A DNA stretch of 63,042 bases, filler included, from Chiloscyllium plagiosum (lineage: Eukaryota), in the NCBI RefSeq assembly GCF_004010195.1. It is 5 parts of one record of this genome, joined end to end, with 100 filler letters (N's around TTAATTAATTAA, not from the genome) between each part and the next. Parts side by side here need not be neighbours in the genome. Positions count along the whole stretch, not along the records: positions 1 to 10,468 come from NC_057713.1; positions 10,569 to 22,476 come from NC_057713.1; 3 more parts are not named here. One strand, written 5' to 3'. Numbering within the stretch: position 1 is the stretch's first letter; each line of letters opens with the position of its first letter. A program made the position numbers and the translations under genes. The notes under the pieces are model-generated. The model had not been told where the DNA came from. It worked only from the letters and a program-made list of their open reading frames with translations, and ran no database searches. This document shows positions 1 to 11,628 of this stretch, piece by piece.

Positions 1-142
1 TCACACATACTCATTTTCTCTCACACACACACACACTCTCACTCTCTCACATATTCACTTTCTCACACACACACAAGCATACACACTCAGTCACACACAC
101 ACATACACACAAACATTTACACCCACACACACACCCTCACAC
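1..142. repeat. Degenerate (CA)n/(CT)n microsatellite
   Basis: Runs of cacaca and tctc are directly visible. Confidence 0.9.
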
Positions 143-397
143 TGAAGCTGAGGCAGGAGGAGTATTGGTAGGTTAAAAACATTTCTGATGAGACATCCTC
201 ACAGATCTGCAGGTGAAGAATGGACAGTTGTTCAACAAATAGTTGTACTGACCAGATTACACCCACACACACACCCTCACACTGAAGCTGAGGCAGGAGG
301 AGTATTGGTAGGTTAAAAACATTTCTGATGAGACATCCTCACAGATCTGCAGGTGAAGAATGGACAGTTGTTCAACAAATAGTTGTACTGACCAGAT
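117..397. repeat. Exact 140-bp tandem duplication
   Basis: ttacacccacac...gtactgaccagat occurs at 117-257 and again at 257-397. Confidence 0.9.
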
Positions 398-758
398 ATC
401 ATCAGGGGATATTGTGAAGAGCAAAAGAAATTGCTAAGACAGGACATGAAGCAATATGGAAAATGCAGGCATCGATAAACAGACATTGTACAAGGTCAAG
501 ACTTCATAAAGTTATACTGCACGACAGTAAAAAGTATCCTAGTCAAACTGTCACCTTGTGACAATGCTGTGGCTTGAAGAGGTTAGTTTGTCCTGGTTAC
601 TTTTGAAGAGAGGTTTTACAGCAGAGGTGTTGTGCAGTCTACCAATGCCACTAGAGCAAACAGCTTGTGAGGCCTTGGTTTTTTTTTAAAAGATGGAACA
701 ATAGAAGCAGCCTGAGTGGGTGTGATGATGTGGAGGTACCAGTGTTGCAGTGGGGTAG

Positions 759-859
759 ACAAAGTCAGAAGTCACACCATGATGGAGCAGTGCTCTGAAA
801 GCTTGTGATTTCAAACAAACCTGTTGGACTAACCTGGTGTCGTGTGACTTCTGACTTTG
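759..859. mobile_element. PLE-derived short fragment with inverted end
   Basis: acaaagtcagaagtcacac (759-777) is inverted relative to gtgtgacttctgactttg (842-859). A decayed hammerhead-like gatggagcagtgctctgaaagct lies between them. Confidence 0.5.
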
Positions 860-1340
860 ACGGATGTGACCAGCTCTCATTGATCAGGCTTAGAGACCTT
901 TTGTTTAGTTTTTGGGTTTAGCTTTAAGCAGTTGCTTGAAGAAGTAGAAGTTATCCTTTCTCTCTCTCGGTTACAGCTAGAAGCTGGATTTCTTTCAGCT
1001 GCTGGGTTCCCTGTGAAACAAATCTATTTTTCTGAAGTTGCCTTTTTGTCAATGGGTGTGGTTATGGAATGTTGCTATACTGGAAACATTAGTTAATAAT
1101 AATTACTGTATGTATTATTGGGTTAACTTTTCCAGTAGCGTTAGGTAGTTCCAAGTTCTTCTTTCTTTTGTTCGCATTTTAACTATAATGTATAAATAAA
1201 TTGTTTTTGCTTGACTTGGAGTAATTTGACCAGTTGTATTGCCTCGGAATATGGCACTTTATAGTTCCCTTAAAATTAAGAAAATGTTAGGGTCTAGACT
1301 ACGTTCCTAAAATATATTGGGGGCACTGATCTGGTCCATG

Positions 1341-1461
1341 GAGAAAGTGAGGACTGCAGATGCTGGAGATCAGAGCTGGAAAATGTGTTGCTGGAAAAGG
1401 CACAGCAAGTCAGGCAGCATCCAAGGAGCAGGAGAGTTGACGTTTCGGGCATAAGCCCTTC
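1341..1461 (-). mobile_element. Short non-autonomous PLE-derived element, 13-bp TSD
   Basis: Flanked by GATCTGGTCCATG at 1328-1340 and 1462-1474. The minus strand begins GAAGGGCTTATGCCCGAAACGTC (hammerhead stem II plus GAAA). Confidence 0.8.
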
Positions 1462-1764
1462 GATCTGGTCCATGACATCTTTAAAACTCTTACTAGTTTT
1501 TGAACAACCATCTTGTTGAGGGTTAGCTGATTGTGGATGACCGTAACTGAGAAAAGAAAGTCACACGTGTGTGTATCCTTACAATTATAGATGTGACAAC
1601 CTAATTCCCAGCAGGATTTCTTTGTGAAAAATTCCAGCCAATGTTGAGACATACCTTCAGTAACTGTATCGAGGATAGGAAAGAATCAGAGTTCACACTG
1701 ATGTCAGGTTGTTCAGCATTGATCTCTTGGATATTTAACCAGACCCAAAAGTTATCAATATGGA

Positions 1765-2115
1765 AGAGGAGGTTGTATCAATGATACTGGCTTAGTAATC
1801 TGGAACACTATACTCTGAGGAATGGCTTCAAGTCCCACCATGGCTGCAGATTTAGCTTAAGTTCAGTAATACCTGATTTATTTTTAAAAAGCTGGCTTGA
1901 TCATAGCCATGTAACCATCATCAACTAGTATAAAAATCCATCTGCTTCACTAATAGCCTTTAGGGAAGCAAATTTGCCATCTTTACTCAGTCTGCACGTG
2001 ACTCCAGGCCCATAGTTGAATCTCCACTGAAGTGGCCAAGATAGCCAATCAGTTCAAGGCTTGTTTGGATGGGTGACAAATACCAAACTTGATTGCAATG
2101 TCTACACCCCATAAA
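1765..2115 (+). mobile_element. LF-SINE-like element (decayed)
   Basis: Contains ttcaagtcccaccatggc (B box), aaaatccatctgcttcactaatagcctttagggaagcaaatttgccatc and gtgactccagg. Confidence 0.65.
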
Positions 2116-2244
2116 AATATTTTTAAAAATGTTCTAATGCTCTCGGGTGAGACAGAACTGAAAATTGACATTCAAAGGTAAATTAATTTTGTGCATTCAC
2201 TGATGAAAACTAAATCATTTTTATAGCAGCATTCACCAAGTTGT

Positions 2245-2490
2245 TTTATTCACTCGTGGGATATGGGCTTCGCTGGCTAGGCCCAGCATTTATTGCCCGT
2301 CCCTAGTTGCCCCTTGAGAAGGTGGGTGAGCTGCCTTCTTGAACCGCTGCAGTCCATGTGCTGTAGGTAGACCCACAATGCCCTTAGGGAGGGAATTCCA
2401 GGATTCTGACCCAGCGACACTGAAGGAACGGCGATAAATTTCCAAGTCAGGATGGTGAGGGGCTTGGAGGGAAACTTCCTGGGGGTGGTG
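2245..2490 (-). mobile_element. CR1-clade LINE family A (3' tail shared with the LF-SINE-like elements), 3' end
   Basis: Reverse complement of the 3' end seen at 11850-12110, 49960-50225 and 57390-57640. Confidence 0.8.
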
Positions 2491-2821
2491 CTGTTGAAGA
2501 TGTTCTAAAACCAATGACGAACATGTTGAAGCAAAGTCAGTGTAGCTATGTAGGAACATTTGAACATAATAGGATCCCAGAAACGGTACTGTGATAATGA
2601 CTTAATAATCTGCTTTTCTTGGGAAAGCTAATTGATAGTCAGACAGCCTTCCAATTAGGATTCACAGCTCTTGAGTGGGAGAATGTCTACTCAAACCTTT
2701 AGCATGGCTTCTGTATGTGGCAGTAGGGTGGTTGGGGGTGGGGTTGATCTACCCATTGACTCCATCTATAGTTTTTGCTGACTCAGGACTCAGGACCCCT
2801 CCCACCCCCATTATATTCTCT

Positions 2822-3102
2822 TCCAACCTCTTCCATTGGGCAGAAGATATAAAGCTTAAACACACGTACCAACAGGTTCAGGAACAGCTTCTTCCCCGCT
2901 GTTATTAGATTTCTGAAAGGACGTCTCAAATTTTACATTTAATGTTGATCTCACTCTTTGTGCACCTTCTCTGTCCCTGTAACCTTGTTTTTCTCGCTCT
3001 GTTCTATTACGCTAACGCACTTTGTTTGTTATGTCTGTACTGCACCCAAAACAGAACCTTTCATTGTACCTAGGTCCATGTGACAATAATAAATCAAATC
3101 CA
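2822..3102 (+). mobile_element. Rex1/Babar-like LINE 3' end
   Basis: agaagatataaagcttaaacacacgtaccaacaggttcaggaacagcttcttccccgctgttattaga resembles the RT C-terminus (..RTNRFRNSFFPAVIR). It ends in aataataaatcaaatc. Confidence 0.6.
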
Positions 3103-3184
3103 AGATGGAGGTGTGCTTGGAGAATATACATAGGCAACTGGAAGAGCTGTCTTTCAAAGTTCAAATAACAGGACCGCTCTTATC

Positions 3185-3330
3185 CAGAGAGCAGATGGTG
3201 CTTTGGCTGAAGAGCTCACTTGAAAGACAGCACATCAGACAGTATAGCACTTCCTCAGCGGGACACTTGCAAGGCTCGGCCTGGACATTTACACTTAGTC
3301 CTCAGGACTGAGATGTGAGCCCACAAGCTT
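3185..3330 (-). mobile_element. Decayed Deu-domain SINE (SacSINE1/AmnSINE-like) with a single, unexpanded core
   Basis: tgaaagacagcacatcagacagtatagcacttcctcag (3221-3258) aligns with the array entry point at 27770 (tgaaggcagcacctctgacggtggggcactccctcag). Confidence 0.6.
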
Positions 3331-4064
3331 GTGCATCATGCTTCAATGCCTCAACTCCCCATGCTCCCATGAAGTAACACGTTTTTCTAACCATCTGAGT
3401 TTAATGACTGTTACTAATAAAGAAATAGCAATTACAGAATCACAGTCAGTTATTAATATCCAGCACACGTTTCCCAGAAGGGCACAAAAATTGTAATTTA
3501 GTTTTGGAAGGTGAATAGTTAAGACAATTTTCCTTTAATCAGAAAAAGTCTGAACTTTTATGACAAGTGTCTGGTTCAACTTTTATTACTTGTGCCTGTT
3601 TTGCGAATGGGATTTATGGCACGATTGGGAGGTTTTCTGTCCGAGAAGTCCAGGTACAGTCATTAAAGGGCAAAGAAGTTGGCAGAGACTGGGGACTGAC
3701 AATCCTATCCAGTTAAATCCTGTTTATTTACCACGTCCTGAAGTTTCTTAACCTCTTACCGTCCAAAATTAGAATGAAGGTTTGCTTTAGTTATTTGGAA
3801 ACATTTTGAGGAAACCTGAACAACTTCTTTGCGTTGTCGTAATACAACAGGGATAAATCACGCACAATGAAGACTGTGATTTACACCGAGCCCAGAATTG
3901 CCCTCTCCCCAACACTTGGTGCTTCCATGACTGGGACAGTAACTGAGTACATCCCCGTGTGTCCAAGCCTGGGGTTTAAACGTTGTTGGCTGTGCTTGTA
4001 TTAATTGGCCATCCCTGATCACCCTGGAGAAGGTGGTGGTGAGCTGCCTTCTTGACCTGCAGCA

Positions 4065-4635
4065 GATGAATTTATGTAACAGCAGCAGAAGTTGACCATC
4101 CAGCTCCTCACGTAAGCTCTGCCATTCATTAAGGTTATGACCAATCTGCTTATGTTTTGAGTTCCACATTCTCATCAATCCCTGAGAACCCTTGCCCAAG
4201 AAGAATCTAACCATCTCTGTTTTAAAAACATTTAGCGACTCCTGCATTGGGGCACATAGGCCCAAAGTCACACAATCTACTGAAAGAAAACAAAACTCTT
4301 CATCTTTCTCCTAAAAGAGAGACCGCTAATTTTAAAACAGTTGTCCATTAGTTCCGACAGACCCACAAGAGGAAACATCCTTTCCATAATCTACCTTGTC
4401 AAGTCAGTTCAGGATCTTATACACTTCAAACAAATCACTCCTTACTCTTCTAAACTGCAGTAGAATCAATCCCAGCCCCATCAAACCTTTCCTCCTAAGA
4501 CATAACTCTGAAAGAGTCATAGATTTGTACAACACAGAGGAGGGTTTCAGTCCATTTGCATTCCAGGGATGAATCTAGGAAACCTCTCTGAACCACTGCC
4601 AACACAATGACCTTCTTCCTTAATTAAGGAGACCA
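4065..4635 (-). mobile_element. CR1 LINE (HER1-like) 3' fragment, decayed
   Basis: Matches the CR1 3' fragments at 25210-25575, 33410-33975 and 47950-48245. Confidence 0.65.
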
Positions 4636-5094
4636 AAGCTGCTCATGATGGCCATTTCTGGAATTGCAACTGTCAGGACTAGGTGCCTCAATAGATGTGA
4701 GATCAAGAAGAGGGTAGGATTTGGCTGAGAGAAGGTTGGCTTGGTATCTCGCCTCCAATCCCTTCTGCCAGTCAGACATCCTTACTCCCCCCAAATTAGC
4801 TGTGGTTCACTCAGAAACCATAACTGTGTGTTTTCCAAGAGAATGAATGAAATCAACATTTTTTTTAATAACCTGTGATCTTTGAGCAGAGATTAAGTCT
4901 CCAATCCTGTCGAAAATGGCTTGATCCAGGAGAGAAATGGGTCAATATTGCAGGAGTCTCTTGATGTCAGCAAACATCCAAACAAATACTCTTTACAGGT
5001 CATGCCTCACCTCTACCATGGTGTTGCTAGAGAGGAACATCTCTTAGTCATCATGAAATCTAACATCACTCCTCAATGTAAACTATCTTATTTC

Positions 5095-5290
5095 TATCAA
5101 GAAAAATTGCTGCAGAAACTCAGCAGGTCTGGTAGAGAGAAAAACGGAGTTAAAATTTTGTATCTGGTGATCCTTAGTGGATCTGAAATGTCAATGCTGC
5201 TTTCTCTCCACCGGTGCTGCCACACCTGCTGAATTTTCCCAGCAATTTCTGTTTTTGTTTCTGATTTCCGGTATCCACAGTTCTTCATTT
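5095..5290. mobile_element. Inverted pair of PLE-derived short elements (subfamily 2)
   Basis: aaattgctgcagaaactcagcaggtctgg faces cacacctgctgaattttcccagcaattt. Confidence 0.6.
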
Positions 5291-6764
5291 TTTTCCTTTT
5301 CGTTCAGGCTGGAAATGTCCAAGTTACAGCTCCTGAAACCGTAGGAGATTTTCATGAGTTGGCAACCAATCAGTGATGCATTGGAATCAGGGTGAAAAAG
5401 TACTTAGTAGAGCGTAGCAGAGAATTGTGCTCATTCCCCTTTGATGCTGTCGTTTAATTCTCAAATTTTTTTACCTTATGTTGTTCATTTATTTTTTGTC
5501 AAAATACATAAAAATAAGTGGGAGGTCCAAACTAGAAACACAGCATTAGGCCAAGCCAGCCCATCCCAATGAAAGGACTTATTCTCCTGCATCCTCTCTC
5601 ATAACTTCAAAACTTTATAGCCAATGAAGTACTGAGCATCAAATCTAAGACAGGTACCAGGCCGGAGTGGAAGAGAAAGTTTGTAGATGGGGGAAGGGGT
5701 CCTTGGAGGGTGGTTAGGAGTTTTGTTGAGGAAGAAAGCACCGAGGAGGAAGTACTGAGTCAATGTTAGAAACGTTGAAGCCAATTTGCTGTCAGGAAGT
5801 TTCCCCGAGTGTGATCATGGCCAGATGATACTTGGCTTAGTGATATTCACTGAGGGATACATATTGTCCTAGGCTGTCAGTGAAATCAGAATCATCTGCT
5901 GGTCTTTGAAAAAGTGGCCAGAGAAGGGTTACACCCGAAATGTTGATTTCTCCACCTCCCGATGGAACCTGGCTTGCTGTGTTCTTCCAGCCTCCTGATT
6001 GTCTGCTTTGGATTCCATCATCTATTTTGTCCCTGTCAGAGATATCACAACTCAGTTGAGAGGGCAGAAGGGCCTGATATTTCAGACAAAATATTAGGTT
6101 TATCTTAACAATTTCGGGCAAGCCAATCACTCGAACCACATTTACTGTTCTGGTCATTTACTTCATCAACCACTTCACCTACTTATAACCTAATCTTAAC
6201 TGGTTATGCTGTTTCTTGCCTCATTGAATAACACTGGATGAGGCTATTCAACCCTTGGAGCTTGCTCTGTCATTCAGGAAGATTTTGAATGCACTGCCTG
6301 GAAATATGGTGGAGGTAAGTTCAATTGAGGTGTTTAAGAGGGGCATTGGATGGCTGTTGGGATGGAAATGGTGGGCAGGAATATGGGGGAAAGGCAGAAG
6401 ATTGGCAGTGGGTATAGAACAGGTGTAGATGTGATGGGCTGAATGTCCTCTTTCTGCTCCGTAGCAATTCTATGATGATGTGATAGTGCTCCTCCTGAAT
6501 ATTTCAGGTGAACCTGCCTCCCCAACATCTCCAGGCAGTACATTTCTGATGCTAACTACTTGCTGGGTGAACAAGTTTTTTCTCACATCACCTTGGCTGC
6601 GTTTGTATTTTAAATCTGTGCCCTCTTGTTCTGGTTTCTTTTTCAAGTGGGAACAGCTTCTCTCTGCCTACTCTGAACAGCCTGCTCACGATTTTGAAAA
6701 CCTTTCTCAGGTCTCCTCTCAGCCTTCCTCTCTTCAGCTTCTTCAACCCATCCTCATTACCTAG

Positions 6765-6955
6765 ATGAGGGAGGGAAAATCTGCCATCCTTACCTGGTCT
6801 GGCCTACATGTGACTCCAGATCCACGACAACACGAGTGACTCTTAACTGTCCTCTGAAATAGCCCCAGGGAGCCACTCAGCTCAAGGGGCAATTAGGGAT
6901 GGGCAACAAATGCTGGTCCTATCAATGACACCCTCAGCCCAGGAAAGAATAAAGA
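6765..6955 (+). mobile_element. LF-SINE-like 3' half
   Basis: ctgccatccttacctggtctggcctacatgtgactccaga...gactcttaactgtcctctgaaat...gggcaacaaatgctgg. Confidence 0.75.
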
Positions 6956-6970
6956 GGAATAAAATGTTCC

Positions 6971-7105
6971 CTGAAAGCAGGGCCTCTGGACCCGAAACAT
7001 TAACTTGGTTTTTCTCTCCACAGATGCTGCCAGACCTGCTGAGTTTCTCCAGCAATTTCTGTTTTTGATTCAGATTTCCAGCACCCGCAGTTCTTTGGTT
7101 TTGTC
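6971..7105 (+). mobile_element. PLE-derived short element (subfamily 2) with decayed hammerhead
   Basis: ctgaaagcagggcctctggacccgaaacattaac...cacagatgctgccagacctgctgagtttctccagc. Confidence 0.65.
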
Positions 7106-7764
7106 ACATAGTAATATGATAGGTTTTTATGATGTTAAGAGTACAAATTGTTGCTATTCTATATCAACTGACGTTTCATCTTATAGTCTTGGTCCCAATG
7201 TTTGCAACACCTTAAACTATTGGAAACACTCTATTCTTGGCTGTCACCTACATTAGCCTGGAGAGAACAGATACTAATTGGTTGCTATTGGCTGTAATTT
7301 GGCCAGACACCCTGGTTTATTAACCGGACCAAACAGTCTGGTAGCAAATGCCATTTATTCCCCGTGGGTATCCCCACTTTACACTGGGTTTATCATTTAT
7401 TGACAATTTCAATCCATTAAGCAAATGTTGATAGTATTTTATTCCAGGAAAGATCCCAGAGAAATATCTGTAATATTATTATTTAAATACTATTAATGTT
7501 TTTAATTCAATTCAATCATATAACAATTTGTACTTATATAGCATGTATAACTGAATTACAATATGCAAATAAGACCTTAAACATCTTGCGAACATTACAA
7601 GCTGTAATAATACACGTCCACTTTCTGAATTAAATGTTTAAACCTTGATCACTGATGAAAAGGGAGATTTGTTGCTGAAAATTTTAATCTTGCACTCATT
7701 GAGATGAATATAAGAAGGATAAATTTCAAATGAAAATCACATTTATTCTACAGAAAAAGCATGT

Positions 7765-8590
7765 CACCTCTAACTGTGCAGCTTTCCTTCAGCACTGACC
7801 CTCCGACAATACAGCACTCCCTCAGTACTGACTCTCTGACAGTGTAGTGCTCCCTCAGCACTGACCCTCTGACAGTGTAGTGCTCCCTCAGCACTGACTC
7901 TCTAACAGTGTAGTGCTCCCTCAGCACTGACCTCTGACAGTGTAGTGCTCCCTCAGCACTGACCCTCTAACAGTGTAGAGCTCCCTCAGTACTGGCCCTC
8001 TGCCAGTTTGCTGCTCCCTCAGCACTGACTCTCCGACAGTGCAGAGTTCCCTTAGTACTGACCTTCTGCCATGTGGTGCTCCCTCAGCACTGACCCTCCG
8101 ACAGTGCGGAGCTCCCTCAGTACTGACCCTCTTACAATGCACCACACCCTCAGTACTGACCCTCTGACAGTGCAGAGCTCCATTATTACTAACCCACTGA
8201 CAATGTGGCACACCCTCAGTACCGATCCTCCAACAGTGCAGTGCTCCCTCAGCACTGACCCACTGACAGTGTGGCACTCCCTCAGCACTGACCCTCCGAC
8301 AATGCACCACACCCTCAATACTTACCCTCCAACAGTGCAGAGCTCCCTTAATACAGACCCTCTGACAGTGTGGCACACCCTCAGTACTGACCCTCCATCA
8401 GTGCAAAGCTCCCTTAGTACTGACCTTCTGTCAGTGTGGTGCTCCCTCAGCACTACCGTCTCTCAGTACTGCCCACCTCAGTACTGACCCTCTGACAGTG
8501 TGGCACTCCCTCAGTACTGACCCCCTGATAGTTTGGTACTCCCTTATTCTGATCCTCCAACAGTGTAGCACTGACCCTCCAACAGCACAT
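7765..8590. repeat. 33-bp satellite array 1 (C-rich strand on +, diverged units)
   Basis: About 25 units of CACTGACCCTCYGACAGTGYRGCACTCCCTCAG. Confidence 0.95.
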
Positions 8591-8858
8591 TCTCAGCTCT
8601 TGTATTAAATTCAGTTCTGGATGGTTGTAGTTTAGGGAGGATGTGTACGTATGTGAGAGACTGCAGAAGTGATGTACTCAATTGGTTCCATGGAAGAGGT
8701 ATCCCAGTTATGGAGATAGATTGGAGAATGTGGGTCTACCTCTTTTGGAGAGGAGTCAGCTGAGGGAGATTTGATAAAGAATTTTCAAATTATTAGGGGT
8801 CTGAACAGGAGTAGATAGAGAGAAAATATTCCCATTGTTGGAATAGAGGGAACAGACT

Positions 8859-9164
8859 TAAGATTAGATTACTTATAGTGTGGAAACAGGCCCTTCGGCC
8901 CAACAAGTCCACACCGACCCACCGAAGCGCAACCCACCAAGACCCATTCCCTTACATTTACCCCTGCACCTAACACCATGGGCAATTTAGCATGGCCAAT
9001 TCACCTAACCTGCACATTTTTGGACTGTGGGAGGAAACTGGAGGACCTGGTGGAGACCCACACAGACACAAGGACAATGTGCAAACTCCACACAGACAGT
9101 CACCTGAGGCGGGAACTGAACCGGGTCTCTGGTGCTATGAGAACCACTGTGCTACCGTGCCACC
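8859..9164 (-). mobile_element. HE1-type V-SINE
   Basis: Reverse complement of the tRNA-derived head, V core (tgtgtggagtttgcaca) and (TAATC)n tail. Confidence 0.85.
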
Positions 9165-9341
9165 TATAGAGATGTACAGCACAGAAGCAGACCCTTCAGT
9201 CCCACTCATCCATATTGACTTGTCCAACTCACCATTGATAAAAGAAGCAACAGGAACACAAAGAGGAACTTACTTTACCCACCAAGTGGTTCAGCCTTGT
9301 CTTCCATTACCACAAGTGTGATGGAAAAGATTCAAAGATTA

Positions 9342-9655
9342 GGGCGGCACGGTGGCACAGTGGTTAGCACAGCACCAGAGAACCGGGTTCAATTCCCGCC
9401 TCAGGCGACTGACTGTGTGGAGTTTGCACATTCTCCCCGTGTCTGCGTGGGTTTCCTCCGGGTACTCTGGTTTCTTCCCACAGTCCAAAGATGTGCAGGT
9501 CAGGTGAATTGGCCATGCTAAATTACCCGTAGTGTAAGGTGAAGAGGTAAATGTAGGGGAATGGGTCTGGATGGGTTGTGCTTCGGCGGGTCGGTGTGGA
9601 CTTGTTGGGCCGAAGGACCTGTTTCCACACTGTAATATAATCTAATCTAATCTAA
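9342..9655 (+). mobile_element. HE1-type V-SINE, near full length
   Basis: gggcggcacggtggcacagtggttagcac (A box), gggttcaattccc (B box), V core ctgtgtggagtttgcacattctccccgtgtctgcgtgggtttcctccgg, tail taatctaatctaa. Confidence 0.9.
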
Positions 9656-10052
9656 ACTGAGATGCTTAAGAGGAAATAGGATTATTGCCTAAAAGATTAG
9701 AAAATGGAGAGATAGTGGTGGAATGGCACTAGGTGAATTGCTCTTTCAGAGGGATAGCACACAAGCTATGGACTAAATTGCCACCTCCTGCTGCCCATCC
9801 TCCAATTATATGATCTACCCAACAATGTGGAAAATTGCCCAGATATGCCCTGTACATAAAAAACAGGACAATCCAACCCAGCCAATTACCGCCCCATCAG
9901 TCTACTCTCGATCCTCAGTAAAGTGATGGAAGGGGTCATCCACAGTGCTATCAAGCAGCAGCTGCTCAGCAATAACCTGCTCAGTGATGCCCAGTTTGGG
10001 TTCCACCAGGGCCACGCAGCTCCTGACCTCATGCCTTGGGTCAAACATGGAC

Positions 10053-10287
10053 AAAACAAGGTGACAGAAGAGTTTACAGGCACTCAATATCGAGAGGGTT
10101 TTGGCTGTGTGACATCAAACAACTCTGGCAAAACTGGAGTCATAGAGTTATCGAGACGTACAGCACGGAAAACAAGGTGACAGAAGAGTTTACAGGCACT
10201 CAATATCGAGAGGGTTTTGGCTGTGTGACATCAAACAACTCTGGCAAAACTGGAGTCATAGCGTTATCGAGACGTACAGCATGGAAA
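10053..10287. repeat. 116-bp tandem duplication across a LINE-in-LINE junction
   Basis: aaaacaaggtgacag...cagcaYggaaa starts at 10053 and 10169, with 2 mismatches. Confidence 0.85.
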
Positions 10288-10997
10288 CAGACCCTTCGGT
10301 CCAACCCGTCCATGCTGTCCCAGATATCCCAACCCAATCTAGTCCCACCTGCCAGCACCCGGCCCATATCCCTCCAAATCCTTCCTATTCATATACCCAT
10401 CCAAATGCCTCTTAAATGTTGCAATTGTACCAGCCTCCACCACTTCCTCTGGCAGCTCATTCCATACANNNNNNNNNNNNNNNNNNNNNNNNNNNNNNNN
10501 NNNNNNNNNNNNTTAATTAATTAANNNNNNNNNNNNNNNNNNNNNNNNNNNNNNNNNNNNNNNNNNNNAGTCCTTGCCTTTCCAAATACATGTACATCCT
10601 CTCCCTCAGGGTTCCCTCCAACAACTTGCCCACTACCGATGTTAGGCTCACTGGTCTATAGTTCCCTGGCTTGTCCTTATCACCTTTCCTAAATAGTTGC
10701 ACCACGTTTGCCAATCTCCAGTCTTCCGGCACCTCACCTGTGACTATCGATGATACAAATATCTCAGCAAGAGGCCCAGCAATCACTTCTCTAGCTTCCC
10801 ACAGAGTTCTAGGGAACACCTGATCAGGTCCTGGGGATTTATCCATTTTTATGCATTTCAAGACATCCAGCACTTCCTCCCCTGTAATATGGACATTTTG
10901 CAAGGTGCCACCATCTATTTCCCTACAGTCTATATCTTCCATATCCTTTTCCACAGTAAATACTGATGCAAAATACTCGTTTAGTGTCTCCTCCATT
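10250..10997 (-). mobile_element. Young CR1 (HER1-like) LINE, RT fragment plus 3' end, contains an assembly gap
   Basis: ORF 10517-11041 gives LNEYFASVFT...KSPGPD...PEDWRLANV...KPGNYRPVSLTSVVGKLLE, typical of CR1 ORF2. Confidence 0.9.
10469..10568. other. Scaffolding gap linker N44-TTAATTAATTAA-N44 (linker words also at 22521, 42822 and 54601)
   Basis: The same 12-mer, which has stops in all six frames, sits in the centre of four 100-bp gaps. Confidence 0.95.
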
Positions 10998-11536
10998 TTT
11001 GTTAATGGAGTTACGTAAAACCTTACAGTGATTGGAATCATTCCTGGTAGGAATAATGGTAGGAAGATGGATGCGGTTATTAGAGGTCAGTCCTGTCAGC
11101 TCCAGGACATCTCTGCAGGAGTTCCTCAGGGTAGTGTCCTAGGCCCAACCATCTTCAGCTGCTTCATCAATGACCTTCCCTCCATCATAAGGTCAGAGAT
11201 GGGGATGTTCACCAATAACTACACAATCTTGAGCACTATTTACAATTTCTCAGTGGTGTGTCTCCATAGGCATAGACAACACTTAGGCAACTCCAATTTA
11301 CAGAGCAATATCCCTTTGATATTCAGTCATGTATCCACCACACCATCAACACCCTTGGGATTACCATTGACCAGAAACTCAACTGGGGATAAATAGAGTG
11401 ACTACAAGAGCAGGTCAGAGGCTAGAAATACTGCAGAGAGTAACTCTTTCCTGACTCCCCAAAGCCTGTCCACCATCTACAAGGCACAGGTCAGGAGTGT
11501 GATGGAGTACTCCCCACTTGCCTGGGTGGGGCAGCT

Positions 11537-11628
11537 TCTGACGAAGGGCTTATGCCCGAAAGGTCGACCCTCCTGTTCCTCAGATGCTGCCTGACTGGCT
11601 GTGCTTTTCTAGCACCACACTTTTCGAC
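11537..11628 (+). mobile_element. Short PLE-derived element with a minimal hammerhead motif, 6-bp TSD
   Basis: CTGACGA-A-GGGC-TTAT-GCCC-GAAA-GGTC at 11538-11565. GCAGCT is duplicated at 11531-11536 and 11629-11634 inside the LINE. Confidence 0.8.

Larger units (their letters stand above)
557..1477 (+). mobile_element. Possible solo LTR, interrupted by two PLE-derived inserts
   Basis: Termini TGTGAC...ATGACA (TG..CA), internal AATAAA near 1195, T-rich body. No clear TSD. Confidence 0.35.

Noticed and set aside
117..397. 140-bp exact duplication as a functional element
   Set aside because: It is fully identical and anchored in a microsatellite, so it is more likely an assembly overlap or a trivial recent slippage.
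9342..9400. tRNA genes at the SINE heads
   Set aside because: The A/B boxes run straight into the V-SINE or LF-SINE body and do not form a complete cloverleaf.
10513..10524. TTAATTAATTAA motif, also at 22521, 42822 and 54601
   Set aside because: It is always centred in a 100-bp N gap, so it is an assembly linker rather than biology.
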